Positions 17,863 to 27,153 of a DNA stretch of 42,690 nt are shown here, piece after piece. A program made the position numbers and the translations under genes. The DNA comes from an uncultured Coriobacteriaceae bacterium (lineage in GTDB: Bacteria; Actinomycetota; Coriobacteriia; Coriobacteriales; Atopobiaceae), in NCBI GenBank assembly GCA_902795635.1, contig CADBMC010000008.1:1-42690 (forward strand). The letters run 5' to 3'. The stretch's first letter is position 1, and every line of letters starts with the position of its first letter. The notes under the pieces were generated by a model. It saw only the letters and a program-made list of their open reading frames with translations, was not told the origin of the DNA and made no database searches.

Positions 17863-19242
17863 CTATGCGCGCAGCTTCGAGCGGATCTCGACGGCGCGGG
17901 CCGTGAGGCGGTCGAAGTCGACGTCGATGAGGAAGCCCTTGTCGCGACGGTACACGGGCTCGCCGTCGATCATCGTCATCATCAGGTCGCCGCGCGAGGC
18001 GCCGTGCACGAAGCGGGCGTTCGGGCTCGCCGACTCCTGCAGCACCGAGCTCGTGAGGTCGTACACCGCCAGGTCGGCCCGCTTGCCCACGTCGATGGAG
18101 CCCAGCTCGTCGTCCATGCCTATGGCCTTGGCGCCGCCCAAGGTGGCGAGGTGCAGCATCTGCTTGGCCGAGAGGAACGTGTCCTCGCCGTCGCCTGCCT
18201 CGTAGCGCTCGCCCGAGATGCCGCGCTCGAGCAGGAGCGTGAAGCGCATCTCGGCCAGCATGTCGGTCATTCCCGCGGCAGCGGGCGAGTTGGTGCCGAG
18301 GCCCACGGTGAGCCCGCGGTCCAGGAACTTGACGAGCGGGCTCACGCCGCACCCGAGCTTGGCGTTCGAGCGCGGGCAGATGGCGATGCGCACGTCGTTG
18401 TCGAGCAGGCGGCCGATGTCCTCGTCGTCCACGTGCACGCAGTGGATGGCCATGACGTTCGGCGCATAGAGGAGCCCCCAGTTGAGGGCATAGCGCACCG
18501 AGGAGACCCCCATCGGAAGCAGCGCGTCGGACTGCACCGGCGTGGCCCCCTGCGCGGAGTGGTAGTAGAAGGGCGTCGTGCCGTAGCGGATGAAGTCGCA
18601 CTCCTCGCGCGTCCCGGCGATGTGCACCTCGATCGGAGTGCCGTCGCGGCCGTAGTCGGCGACGGCCGCCAACACGTCCGGATGCGTGAGGTAGAGCGGC
18701 CCGGGGCCGATGCCGATCTTGAGGCCGTGGCCGCGCGCCTCGTGGCGCCAGCGGTGGACGTCCTCGTCGGCCCTCTCCATGGCCGGGCCCACGTCCTCCT
18801 TCGCCTGGGCGTTCACCTCGCGGTATATGGCGCCGTGCAGGCCGGTTGCGATGCAGGCGCGCAGGCTCGCGCCCGTCGTGGTGACATCGGATATGGAGGT
18901 TATGCCGCCGCGGATGGCATAGAGCGCGCCGAGGAGGGCCGAGTCGTTCCAGTCCTCGGCCGTCATCAGGACCTCCTTGTGGTGCAAGGCGTCCTTCCAC
19001 TGGGCATAGGGGACGTCGCCCACGACGCCGTTCATGAGCGAATACTCGATGTGGGTATGCGCGTTCACAAACCCCGGCACAATCACGGCCGCGCCGAAGT
19101 CCTCCACGTCGTCGTAGGGATAGCGCGCCTTGAGCTCGGCCGCCGTGCCGACGGCGTCGATGCGGCCGTCGAGCACGCGCACGCCGGCGTTGTTCAGATG
19201 GTGCTCGCCGGGGCGCAGCAGGCATTGCGCAACGAGAATCAT
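17863..19242 (-). CDS. Amidohydrolase-superfamily deaminase/chlorohydrolase-like protein (MtaD/SsnA-like)
   Basis: Internal start MILVAQC (459 aa). Metal-binding motifs are present: PGFVNAHTHIEYS, HIAGTREE, AIHCVHV, GTNSP and GSIDVGKRADLAVYD. The start overlaps the upstream stop (TGATG). Confidence 0.8.
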   Translation of the reverse strand: MILVAQCLLRPGEHHLNNAGVRVLDGRIDAVGTAAELKARYPYDDVEDFGAAVIVPGFVNAHTHIEYSLMNGVVGDVPYAQWKDALHHKEVLMTAEDWNDSALLGALYAIRGGITSISDVTTTGASLRACIATGLHGAIYREVNAQAKEDVGPAMERADEDVHRWRHEARGHGLKIGIGPGPLYLTHPDVLAAVADYGRDGTPIEVHIAGTREECDFIRYGTTPFYYHSAQGATPVQSDALLPMGVSSVRYALNWGLLYAPNVMAIHCVHVDDEDIGRLLDNDVRIAICPRSNAKLGCGVSPLVKFLDRGLTVGLGTNSPAAAGMTDMLAEMRFTLLLERGISGERYEAGDGEDTFLSAKQMLHLATLGGAKAIGMDDELGSIDVGKRADLAVYDLTSSVLQESASPNARFVHGASRGDLMMTMIDGEPVYRRDKGFLIDVDFDRLTARAVEIRSKLRA

Positions 19243-20525
19243 CAAGCCCTCCTCTGCAGCTCCTGCCTCGCGCAGACGAGCCGCACGCAGGTTACGAACA
19301 CGTCGAGCGCCTGGGAAAGGCCCTCGATCGACGGGAAGGTCGGGGCGATGCGGATGTTCGAGTCCTTGGGGTCGATGCCGTAGGGCCACGTGGCTCCCGC
19401 GGCAGTCATCTTAACGCCGAGCTCGGCGGCCATCCCCACGATGGCCTTCGCCGTGCCCTCCGGTCCGTCGAACGAGACGAAGTAGCCGCCGTTCGGGTGC
19501 GTCCAGCGCACGCCGTCCATGCCCGCGAGCCCCTCGGAGAGCTTGCTCTCCACGAGCTCGAAGCGCGGGCGGATGAACTCCGCCTGCTTGGCCATGTGGG
19601 CCTCGAGAGCCTCGGGCGTGGGCAGGTAGCGGGCGTGCATGAGCTGGCTCAGCTTGTCGGTGCAGACGTGCTGGACGGCGAAGCTGGCCATGAGGTCGGC
19701 CAGGTCGGCCTCGTTGGCCACCATGCAGGCCATGCCCGATCCCGGGAAGGTGATCTTTGAGGTGGAGGCGAACTCGAGCACGAGGTCGTCGGTGCCCGCG
19801 TCGCGCATGGCATCGAAGATGTCGAGCAGCCCGTCGGGCGTGTCGTTGAAGTCGTGCACGTAGTAGGCGTTGTCCCAGAAGACGCGGAAGTCGGGCGCCG
19901 CGGGGCGCAGGCTCGCGAAGCGCCTCACGCACTCGTCGGAGAACGTGATGCCCATGGGGTTCTGGTACTTCGGCACGCACCACAGGCCCTTGACGGTGGG
20001 ATCGCCCTCGACGAGCTCCTCCACCACGTCCATGTCCGGCCCCTCCTCGGTCATGGGGACGGGGACATTCTCGATGCCGAAGTGCGCCGACACCCCGAAG
20101 TGGCGGTCGTAGCCGGGCGCGGGGCAGAGGAAGCGCACCTTGGGAAGCTCACGCCAGGGGGTCGCTCCGCGCAGCCCCTTCACGTAGCAGTGCGAGACGA
20201 TGTCGAACATTATGTTGAGGCTCGAGGAGCCGCCCACGTACACCAGCTCCTGCGGGACGTGCAGCATGTCCGCGAAGAAGCGCCTAGCGGAGGGCAGGCC
20301 CTGCGGGCAGCCGTAGTTGCCGGCGTCGAAGCCGCCGTCGTGCAGGTCGGTCGCGGAGTCGAACAGGTCGAACATCGGCTTGGAGATGTCGATCTGGTCG
20401 GGGCAGGGCTTGCCGCGCGTCATGTCCAGCGAGAGGCCCTTTGCCTTGAGCTGCGCGGCCTCGTCCTCGAGACGTGCCACCTCTTGCGAAAGCTCCTCCA
20501 TACCCATGCCAGAATAGCCAGCCAT
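19242..20525 (-). CDS. Aspartate aminotransferase, class Ic type (Corynebacterium AspB/AspT-like family)
   Basis: Internal start MAGYSGMGMEEL (427 aa; GGAGGGG SD). Family pattern: LDMTRGKPCPDQ, SSSLNIMFD, LCPAPGYDRHF, PMTEEGPDMD, PKYQNPMGITF, APDFRVFWDNAYYVHDF, FASTSKITFPGSG. Family assignment rests on my recollection of the C. glutamicum enzyme. Confidence 0.8.
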   Translation of the reverse strand: MAGYSGMGMEELSQEVARLEDEAAQLKAKGLSLDMTRGKPCPDQIDISKPMFDLFDSATDLHDGGFDAGNYGCPQGLPSARRFFADMLHVPQELVYVGGSSSLNIMFDIVSHCYVKGLRGATPWRELPKVRFLCPAPGYDRHFGVSAHFGIENVPVPMTEEGPDMDVVEELVEGDPTVKGLWCVPKYQNPMGITFSDECVRRFASLRPAAPDFRVFWDNAYYVHDFNDTPDGLLDIFDAMRDAGTDDLVLEFASTSKITFPGSGMACMVANEADLADLMASFAVQHVCTDKLSQLMHARYLPTPEALEAHMAKQAEFIRPRFELVESKLSEGLAGMDGVRWTHPNGGYFVSFDGPEGTAKAIVGMAAELGVKMTAAGATWPYGIDPKDSNIRIAPTFPSIEGLSQALDVFVTCVRLVCARQELQRRA

Positions 20526-20658
20526 TGCCCCTCCGCATCGTCCCATGTCCTCAGGCCTGCCGACGCCCGGGCACGGCCATGCCCCGGCGTTCCGGAAAGT
20601 ATATGCCACCCCTGCCCCGCGCATGCTCGCACGCCTCGCGCGTTCCGCTCCTGTTACC

Positions 20659-20928
20659 ATGGCATGCATGGAAGAGGCATTCCTCACATCAAGCCCCGGC
20701 GCCGAGAGCGAGCTCCAGCGCCTCGTGGACTCCCTATTCGCGGACGGCTCGGAGGTCACGCAGATGGAGCTGCTGCTCCGCGCGGACTCGTTCGACCTGG
20801 ACGAGGAGACCGTCGAGGTGGTGGAGCTGCTGCCGCCCGGCAGCTACACGCGCGCACGCCTCTGCGACCAGCTGAACTCCATCATCACCGCGCACGGCTG
20901 GGGCATGGTGGTGGGAACCGTCAGCTAG
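20659..20928 (+). CDS. Small acidic hypothetical protein (possibly DUF2795-like)
   Basis: I prefer the in-frame ATG at 20659 (89 aa: MACMEEAFLTSSPGAESELQRLVDSLFADGSEVTQMELLLRADSFDLDEETVEVVELLPPGSYTRARLCDQLNSIITAHGWGMVVGTVS). The upstream part of the 127-aa track ORF is P/R/A-rich and overlaps the divergent promoter. Weak resemblance to DUF2795. Coding status rests on ORF context only. Confidence 0.5.
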   Translation: MACMEEAFLTSSPGAESELQRLVDSLFADGSEVTQMELLLRADSFDLDEETVEVVELLPPGSYTRARLCDQLNSIITAHGWGMVVGTVS

Positions 20929-20931
20929 CGG

Positions 20932-20959
20932 CCCCGGCGCCGGCGTCCGTGCCGGGGCA
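20932..20959. terminator. GC hairpin between convergent genes (possible bidirectional terminator)
   Basis: GCCCCGGC (20932-20939) pairs with GCCGGGGC (20952-20959) around a 12-nt loop, sitting in the 39-nt gap between the small ORF and nhaA. No U-tract. Confidence 0.45.
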
Positions 20960-20967
20960 CGTCCCGG

Positions 20968-22593
20968 CTACTGCTTGCGCTTGACGACGCGGCGGTGCGT
21001 CTTTGCCGCCTTGCCGCCCTTGGCATCCGCCTCGCCGCCGTCGCCTTCGGCAGCCGCAACGACGCCCGGCTCGCCAGATGCGGCTGCGCCCTTGGCCTTG
21101 GCATTGCCCTTGGCCTTGCGCCTCGCCTTCGCCTCGTGCGCGATTGCCATGAACGCCATGCCCAGAAGCGACGAGGTCACCGACCCGGCGAGGATCGCGC
21201 ACTTCGCGGCGAGGATGTCCTCGGCGCTCGTGAAGGCGAGCCCGCTGATGAGGATGGACATCGTGAAGCCGATGCCGCCCATGATGCCCACGACCACGAT
21301 CTGGTCCCAGCTCACGCCGCGCGGCAGCTTGGAGAAGCCGATGCGGGTGAGAAGCCACGTGACGCCGATGATGCCGATCGGCTTGCCCAGCACCGCGCCG
21401 GCGTAGGCGCCGATGGCCACCGGGTTGGAAAGGACCGCACCCATGTCCACCCCCACGAGGCGGACCTGCGCGTTCACGAAGGCGAACAGCGGCAGCACGA
21501 TGAAGTTCACGAACACCGACATGCTGCGCTCCACGCGCTGCAGAGGCGGCGTCACGTGGTGCATGACGCTCTCCATCTCGAACGCCTTGCTCGTCACCTC
21601 ATGCTGGCCGAGCACAAGCGAGTCCTCGTCGTAGGTCTCGTCGAGCACCTTGGCCTGGCGCTGGAGCCAGGAGGAGAGCGAGGACACCTTTATGTCCGTG
21701 CGCGCCGGCAGGGCGAACGCCACGATGACGCCCGCGAGCGTGGCGTGGATGCCCGAGTTGTACATGCACACCCACAGCACGAGGCCCCATACCATGTAGT
21801 GCCTGGCACGGTAGACGTGGCCCCAGTTGAGGCAGAAGAGCACGAGCGCTGCGCCGGCGCTGGCGGCGACCCAGGCGATGTCGGGGGTGTTGCCGTAGAA
21901 CACGGCGATCACGATGATCGCGAGGATGTCGTCGGCTATGGCCAGCGTCGAGAAGAACACCTTGGTGGCCGGCGCCACGCGGTCGCCGAGCAGCGACATC
22001 ATGCCGAGCGCGAACGCGATGTCGGTGGCGATGGGGACGGCCCACCCGTGGACGGCGCCTCCCCAGTTCACGGCCGAGTAGATGATGGCCGGCACCATGA
22101 CGCCGCCCACCGCGGCGAGCATGGGAAGCGCGGCCTGGCGCGGGTCCCGGAGCTGCCCCACCGTCATCTCGTACTTGAGCTCCACGCCCACGAGCAGGAA
22201 GAACAGCGCCATGAGGAAGTCGTTCACGAAGCCCTCGAACGAGATCTCCGAGAAGAACGAGCCGATCTGGATGCCCAGGGGCGCCTCGATCAGCTCGCGC
22301 ACCACGAAGTAGGCGGGCGAGTTCGCCACGACGACGGCGAGGATCGCGCCGAACACCATGGCGGCGGCGGCGATGGTCCCGTTCGAGGTGATGCGCTTGA
22401 AGCTGTTCCTGCGCGACACGCGCCGCACCACGACGGGCTCGTTGATGATCGGCCGCCATGCGGCGGTGGTCGAGGCGGGGACCTTCCCCGCCTCGTGCGA
22501 GGCGCCTTGCGCCTTCGCCTCCGTCGTCTCGTCGGCCGTCCTCTTGCTCGTCGCGTCCTTGTCGGGTGGGGTGATGGGCATCTTCTCCGGCAT
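20968..22593 (-). CDS. nhaA: Na+/H+ antiporter NhaA with N- and C-terminal low-complexity extensions
   Basis: Start MPEKMPITPP (541 aa). The core runs from about residue 60 (AILAVVVANSPAYF...FVNDFLMALFFLLVGVELKYE...IATDIAFALG...LAIADDILAIIVIAVFY). The tail is K/A-rich. It starts 2 nt after the ppaC stop. Confidence 0.88.
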   Translation of the reverse strand: MPEKMPITPPDKDATSKRTADETTEAKAQGASHEAGKVPASTTAAWRPIINEPVVVRRVSRRNSFKRITSNGTIAAAAMVFGAILAVVVANSPAYFVVRELIEAPLGIQIGSFFSEISFEGFVNDFLMALFFLLVGVELKYEMTVGQLRDPRQAALPMLAAVGGVMVPAIIYSAVNWGGAVHGWAVPIATDIAFALGMMSLLGDRVAPATKVFFSTLAIADDILAIIVIAVFYGNTPDIAWVAASAGAALVLFCLNWGHVYRARHYMVWGLVLWVCMYNSGIHATLAGVIVAFALPARTDIKVSSLSSWLQRQAKVLDETYDEDSLVLGQHEVTSKAFEMESVMHHVTPPLQRVERSMSVFVNFIVLPLFAFVNAQVRLVGVDMGAVLSNPVAIGAYAGAVLGKPIGIIGVTWLLTRIGFSKLPRGVSWDQIVVVGIMGGIGFTMSILISGLAFTSAEDILAAKCAILAGSVTSSLLGMAFMAIAHEAKARRKAKGNAKAKGAAASGEPGVVAAAEGDGGEADAKGGKAAKTHRRVVKRKQ

Positions 22594-22595
22594 GG

Positions 22596-23528
22596 CTACA
22601 CGGAGGCGAGGATTGGGGCCGCCACCTGCTTCTTGCGGGAGAGCACGCCCGGCATCCACACGCCCTCGGGGACGTCGGCGATGCCCAGGCCCTTCTGCGC
22701 GGCCTCGGTGTCGCCGCACATGAGCACCTGGCTGCCCTCCTCGATGATGTCGGTCACGCACAGGACGAGCCCGTCGGCGCCCTTCTCCTTGCGATAGGCC
22801 TCCATGGCCTCGCGCAGCGCGGGGAGCTGGTCGAGCGCCGTCTTCTTGTTGACCGTCTCGTACTGGCCGATGAGCAGGCGCTTGTCGCCCACCTCGAACT
22901 CCTTGATGTCCGTGGAGACCATCTTGTCGGGCGTGAGCGCGGGACGCGCGTCGAAGAGCGCCATGCCGAAGGCCATGGGGTCGAGGCCGAGGTCGGCCGA
23001 GATCTCGGAGACGAATGCGCGGTCGCGGTCGGTGGCGGTGGGGCTCTTGAGCATCACCGTGTCGGTGAGCATGGCGGCGAGCAGGCACCTCTTCTGCTCC
23101 TTGGTGGGCTCCACGCCGTAGCAGGAGAACAGGTAGTACACGATCGAGCAGGTGGAGCCCCACGGCAGGCAGACGTAGAAGGCCGGCTGGACCGTGTGGA
23201 AGTCGCCGATGCGATGGTGGTCGACCGCGCCGAGGACGTCGGCGTTGTAGAGGCCATCGACCGACTGGACGGACTCGTTGTGGTCGCACAGCAGCACCTT
23301 CTGGCGCGGCTCGCCCTCGGCAGGCTCGGGGATGGACCCTAGGAGCTCGGGCTCCTCGAAGCCGCACTCCTCGAGGACCTTCTTCGTCTCGGGAGGCACG
23401 GGGCCGAGCCTGCGCGCAATGTAGTGGTTTCCGTCATCGGTTGCGTTCAGGAGCTGTGCGAGGACGACGGATGATAGGATTGCGTCGTTGTCAGGATTCT
23501 TGTGACCGAAAAGGTAGATGGTGCTCAT
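22596..23528 (-). CDS. ppaC: Manganese-dependent inorganic pyrophosphatase (family II, DHH/DHHA2)
   Basis: Internal start MSTIYLFGHKNPDNDAI (310 aa; AAGGAGA SD). Has DHH motifs (LCDHNE, AVDHHRIGD) and DHHA2 (GVLSRKKQVAP). Confidence 0.92.
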   Translation of the reverse strand: MSTIYLFGHKNPDNDAILSSVVLAQLLNATDDGNHYIARRLGPVPPETKKVLEECGFEEPELLGSIPEPAEGEPRQKVLLCDHNESVQSVDGLYNADVLGAVDHHRIGDFHTVQPAFYVCLPWGSTCSIVYYLFSCYGVEPTKEQKRCLLAAMLTDTVMLKSPTATDRDRAFVSEISADLGLDPMAFGMALFDARPALTPDKMVSTDIKEFEVGDKRLLIGQYETVNKKTALDQLPALREAMEAYRKEKGADGLVLCVTDIIEEGSQVLMCGDTEAAQKGLGIADVPEGVWMPGVLSRKKQVAAPILASV

Positions 23529-23593
23529 TCCGTCTCCTTGGTTGGGAACTCGGATGCCTGCATAAGCAACGGCCTGCGCCGCAGACCGCCTTC

Positions 23594-23602
23594 TAATATT
23601 AT
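23594..23602. promoter_or_regulatory. AT-rich core (TAATATTAT) of the divergent ppaC / degV promoter region
   Basis: This is the only AT-rich stretch in the 99-bp divergent intergenic region. It offers TATTAT on the plus strand and TAATAT on the minus strand as -10-like hexamers. Pattern-based call only. Confidence 0.35.
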
Positions 23603-23627
23603 CAACGACTCGTAGGGGGCGTGAAAG

Positions 23628-24500
23628 GTGCGCGGCCAGAAGACAGCCATAATAACGGACTCGGGCACCGACGTCCCCGAGGCGTTCGTGCGCAGCCACG
23701 GCATCCGCGTCGTCCCGCTCAACATCTCCTACTCGAACGGCGACCACTACCGCGCGGGCGTGGACATCTCCGAGAAGGACATCGTGGACCGCCTCGACGT
23801 CGAGGTCCCCACGACGAGCCTCCCCTCGCCCGAGGCCATCCTGGGCGCCTTCGAGCAGGCGCGCGACGAGGGTTGCGACTCCGCCGTGTTCGTGGGCATC
23901 TCCTCCGGCCTCTCCGCCACCTGCGACACCGCGCGCCTCGTGGCCTCGCACGTCGAGGGCATCCGGACGGCCGTCGTGGACACCCTCTCCATAGGCGTCG
24001 CCGCCGGCATGGTGGTCATGGCAGTAGCCGAGATGCTCGAGGAGGGCCTTGCCTTCGAGCAGACGATCGCTGCGGCGGAGCGGCTCGTCGAGCGCACGAA
24101 GGTGTTCTTCTGCGTGAAGGACCTCACCTGGCTGCACAAGGGCGGCCGCATCGACCAGATGACCTACCGGCTCGGCAGCATGCTCAACGTGAAGCCGATC
24201 ATCTGGTGCGACGAGGAGGGCCACTACCGCACCTACAAGAAGGCACGCGGCTGGGACCGCGCCCTCGACCAGCTGGTGAGGTGCCTCAAGCCCTTCGCCA
24301 GGCAGGAGCAGGAGGTGCGCGTGGCCGTGGCCTGCACGTCGGCATGCGACTGCTTCGACGCCATGGACGAGCGCATCGGCCGCGAGCTGGACAACGTGTG
24401 CGAGATGATCCACTCGCACATCTCGGCGGCCCTCGTCGTGCACACGGGCCCCGAGCTCGTGGGCCTGGGCATCCAGCCCGACTGGCACGCCCTCGCCTAG
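23628..24500 (+). CDS. DegV family fatty-acid-binding protein
   Basis: 290 aa from a GTG start. Reads TAIITDSGTDVPEAF...VVPLNISY...TSLPSP...VGISSGLSATCDTA...LTWLHKGGRI, the typical DegV pattern. Confidence 0.9.
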   Translation: MRGQKTAIITDSGTDVPEAFVRSHGIRVVPLNISYSNGDHYRAGVDISEKDIVDRLDVEVPTTSLPSPEAILGAFEQARDEGCDSAVFVGISSGLSATCDTARLVASHVEGIRTAVVDTLSIGVAAGMVVMAVAEMLEEGLAFEQTIAAAERLVERTKVFFCVKDLTWLHKGGRIDQMTYRLGSMLNVKPIIWCDEEGHYRTYKKARGWDRALDQLVRCLKPFARQEQEVRVAVACTSACDCFDAMDERIGRELDNVCEMIHSHISAALVVHTGPELVGLGIQPDWHALA

Positions 24501-24547
24501 GCGCCCCTCGCCGCCCGAGCGGCATGCCGCCCGGGCGCGGCCTTGGG

Positions 24548-27034
24548 CTAGCCCTCCACCTTCACGATGGGCGCGAAGCCTTTCATGAGCTTCTTCGTCT
24601 TGCCCGTGCGCGAGAAGCGCACCTCGATGGTGTCGCCGGAGGCGGCGGTCACGACGCCCGGGCCGAACGTCTTGTGCACGATGCGGTCGCCCGGCGCGAA
24701 GCTCTCCTTGGCCTTGGCGGCGTCGCGCTGGATGCCGCGGGAGGCACCGGTGCGCGAGGGGGCGTTCGTGGAGCGCGTGGCCTGGCCGAACACATGCCCG
24801 CCGTACATCTCCGACCCCCTTCCGGAGCCGTAGGTGCCGTGGCGGTCGCCGCGCTTCTCCCAGCCGGTGCCCGAGAGCCCGGCGGAGCCCACGCCCACGA
24901 GCTCGAGGTGCTCCTCGGGGATCTCGTTCACGAACCGGCTGCGTGGGTACGCCTGCGTGGAACCCCAGGTCCTGCGCGTCGCCGCGTACGTGAGGTAGAG
25001 GCGCTCGCGGGCGCGCGTTATGGCCACGTAGGCCAGGCGGCGCTCCTCCTCGAGCGAGGCGGGATCGGCGTTGTAGGAGGCATGCGGGAAGAGGCCCTCC
25101 TCCATGCCGGACACGAACACGACGGGGAACTCCAGGCCCTTCGCCGAGTGGATCGTCATCATCGTCACGGCGCTCGAGGAGCCGGCAAGCGAGTCCAGGT
25201 CGCTCCTGAGCGCGAGCCATTCCAGGAAGGCGGGCAGCTTCTCGGCCGCCACCTGCGGCCGTCCCGGCTCCTGCGCCGCGGCGTCCTGCGCGGGCGATAC
25301 GGCCGCGGGCCCTGTGGCCATGACGCCGGGCTGCACGTCTCCCGCCACGGCGGCGGCCCTCAGCTCCGCGAGGCTCTCGAGCGTCTCGGCGGCGTCCTCG
25401 TGGGTCTCGTCGAACTCCTGCGCCACGCCGTAGAACTCGCGGATGTTCTCGATGCGGCTGTCGGCCTCCACCGTGTGCTCGGCCTCCAGAGCCTGGATGA
25501 GGCCGGAGCCCTCCACGATGGCCTCCACGACGTCGGAGAGGTCGCCCGTGTAGGTGCGGCCCGCCTCTATGACGGAGCTGAACGAGGCGAGCGCCGAGCG
25601 CACCTTGGCGCCCAGGAGGCCTCCCTCCGCCACGCAGGCCTGGGCGGCGGCGAACAGCGAACAGCCGTTCTCGGAGGCGTAGTCGCGCAGCTTGCCGATG
25701 GAGGTGGAGCCTATTCCGCGGCGCGGAGTGTTGATGATGCGCTCGCAGCTCACGTCGTCGTCGGGGTTGAGCACGAGCTTGAGGTAGGCCATGACGTCGC
25801 GAATCTCGGCGCGGTCGAAGAAGCGCGTGCCGCCCACGATCTTGTAGGGCACGCCGGCGCGCAGGAACATGTCCTCGAGCACGCGGGACTGCGCGTTGGT
25901 GCGGTAGAAGAGGGCCACGTCGTCGTAGCTCCTGCCGGCCTCGTGAAGCCGCTCTATCTCGCCGGCGATCCAGCGGCCCTCGTCGCGCTCGTCCGCAGCC
26001 TGGTACACGCGGATCCTCTCGCCGTCGCCCGCGTCGGTGAACAGGCGCTTGGGCGTGCGGCGCGAGTTGTTGGCCACCACGGCGTTGGCCGCCGCGAGGA
26101 TGTGGCCGGTGGAGCGGTAGTTCTGCTCGAGCTTCACCACGTGGGCGTCGGGGTAGTCCTTCTGGAAGTCCAGGATGTTCTGGATGTCGGCCCCGCGCCA
26201 CGAGTAGATGGACTGGTCGTCGTCGCCCACCACCATGAGGTTCCTGCTCGCCCGCGCGAGCAGGTTGGTGATCATGTACTGCACGCGGTTCGTGTCCTGG
26301 TACTCGTCCACCGAGATCTGCTGGAAGCGCCTCTGGTAGCGGTCGAGCACGTCGGGGTTCCTGCTCAGCAGCGCATAGGCGTTCACCAGCAGGTCGTCGA
26401 AGTCCATGGCGTTGGCGCGCATGAGGCGGCGCTGGAGCTCGGAGTAGACGCGCGCCGCCTTGGCCGTGGAGGGGTCGGAGGCGCGGTCGGAGAGCTCCTC
26501 GGGGCCCACCATCGCGTTCTTGGCCGACGAGATCTTCGAGCGGATCATGTTGAGCGGGAACTGCTTGGGGTCTATGTCCGCGTCGCTCATGATCTGGCGC
26601 ACCAGGCGGCGCGAGTCGTCGTCGTCGTAGATGGTGAAGTTGTCGCGATAGCCCAGCCGCTCGGCGTCCTCGCGCAGCATCCTCACGCACATGGCGTGGA
26701 AGGTGCACACCCACATGCCGCGCGTGCCGCCCGCGAGAAGCTTGCCAAGGCGCTCGCGCATCTCGGCGGCGGCCTTGTTCGTGAACGTGATAGCCAGGAC
26801 CTGCCAGGGCGCCACGCCCTCGTCGGCCACCATGTGCGCGATGCGATAGGTGAGCACGCGCGTCTTGCCCGAGCCGGCGCCGGCCAGCACGAGCAACGGG
26901 CCTTGCGTGCACAGGACCGCCTCGCGCTGCGCGGGGTTGAGCCCCGCGAGGTCGAGCGCGCTTCGGGCGGCGCCCGCCGCCGAAGGCGCGTCGGCATCGA
27001 AGAGGGACTGCTGGCTGGTTCTGGAATCTGGCAT
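24548..27034 (-). CDS. pcrA: ATP-dependent DNA helicase PcrA/UvrD (SF1A)
   Basis: 828 aa. Contains LNPAQREAV, Walker A AGAGSGKTRVLTYRIA, DEYQDTN, YRSTGHIL, TIHSAKGLEFPVVF, RRLAYVAITRARERL, and a C-terminal Tudor-like segment GDRIVHKTFGPGVV. Confidence 0.93.
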   Translation of the reverse strand: MPDSRTSQQSLFDADAPSAAGAARSALDLAGLNPAQREAVLCTQGPLLVLAGAGSGKTRVLTYRIAHMVADEGVAPWQVLAITFTNKAAAEMRERLGKLLAGGTRGMWVCTFHAMCVRMLREDAERLGYRDNFTIYDDDDSRRLVRQIMSDADIDPKQFPLNMIRSKISSAKNAMVGPEELSDRASDPSTAKAARVYSELQRRLMRANAMDFDDLLVNAYALLSRNPDVLDRYQRRFQQISVDEYQDTNRVQYMITNLLARASRNLMVVGDDDQSIYSWRGADIQNILDFQKDYPDAHVVKLEQNYRSTGHILAAANAVVANNSRRTPKRLFTDAGDGERIRVYQAADERDEGRWIAGEIERLHEAGRSYDDVALFYRTNAQSRVLEDMFLRAGVPYKIVGGTRFFDRAEIRDVMAYLKLVLNPDDDVSCERIINTPRRGIGSTSIGKLRDYASENGCSLFAAAQACVAEGGLLGAKVRSALASFSSVIEAGRTYTGDLSDVVEAIVEGSGLIQALEAEHTVEADSRIENIREFYGVAQEFDETHEDAAETLESLAELRAAAVAGDVQPGVMATGPAAVSPAQDAAAQEPGRPQVAAEKLPAFLEWLALRSDLDSLAGSSSAVTMMTIHSAKGLEFPVVFVSGMEEGLFPHASYNADPASLEEERRLAYVAITRARERLYLTYAATRRTWGSTQAYPRSRFVNEIPEEHLELVGVGSAGLSGTGWEKRGDRHGTYGSGRGSEMYGGHVFGQATRSTNAPSRTGASRGIQRDAAKAKESFAPGDRIVHKTFGPGVVTAASGDTIEVRFSRTGKTKKLMKGFAPIVKVEG

Positions 27035-27081
27035 GCGAGGCTCCGGGTCGGATGTGTTGGGCGTTCACGAGACGAGAGAAG

Positions 27082-27087
27082 AGTCTA
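27082..27087 (-). promoter_or_regulatory. Putative pcrA -10 (TAGACT)
   Basis: The minus strand reads GCGGGTAGACTCTTC, about 48 nt upstream of the pcrA ATG. The same GGGTAGACTC string occurs at the usp promoter (28223-28232). Pattern-based call only. Confidence 0.35.
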
Positions 27088-27104
27088 CCCGCACCCGCGG
27101 GCGG

Positions 27105-27137
27105 AAAGGCGCCTCGAAGCGCGCGGGCCGAGGCGCC
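27105..27137 (-). terminator. Putative uppP terminator
   Basis: GGCGCCTCG (27108-27116) pairs with CGAGGCGCC (27129-27137) around a 12-nt loop. A short UUU follows on the minus strand. Confidence 0.45.
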
Positions 27138-27153
27138 CGGGCGTGCCGGCGGG

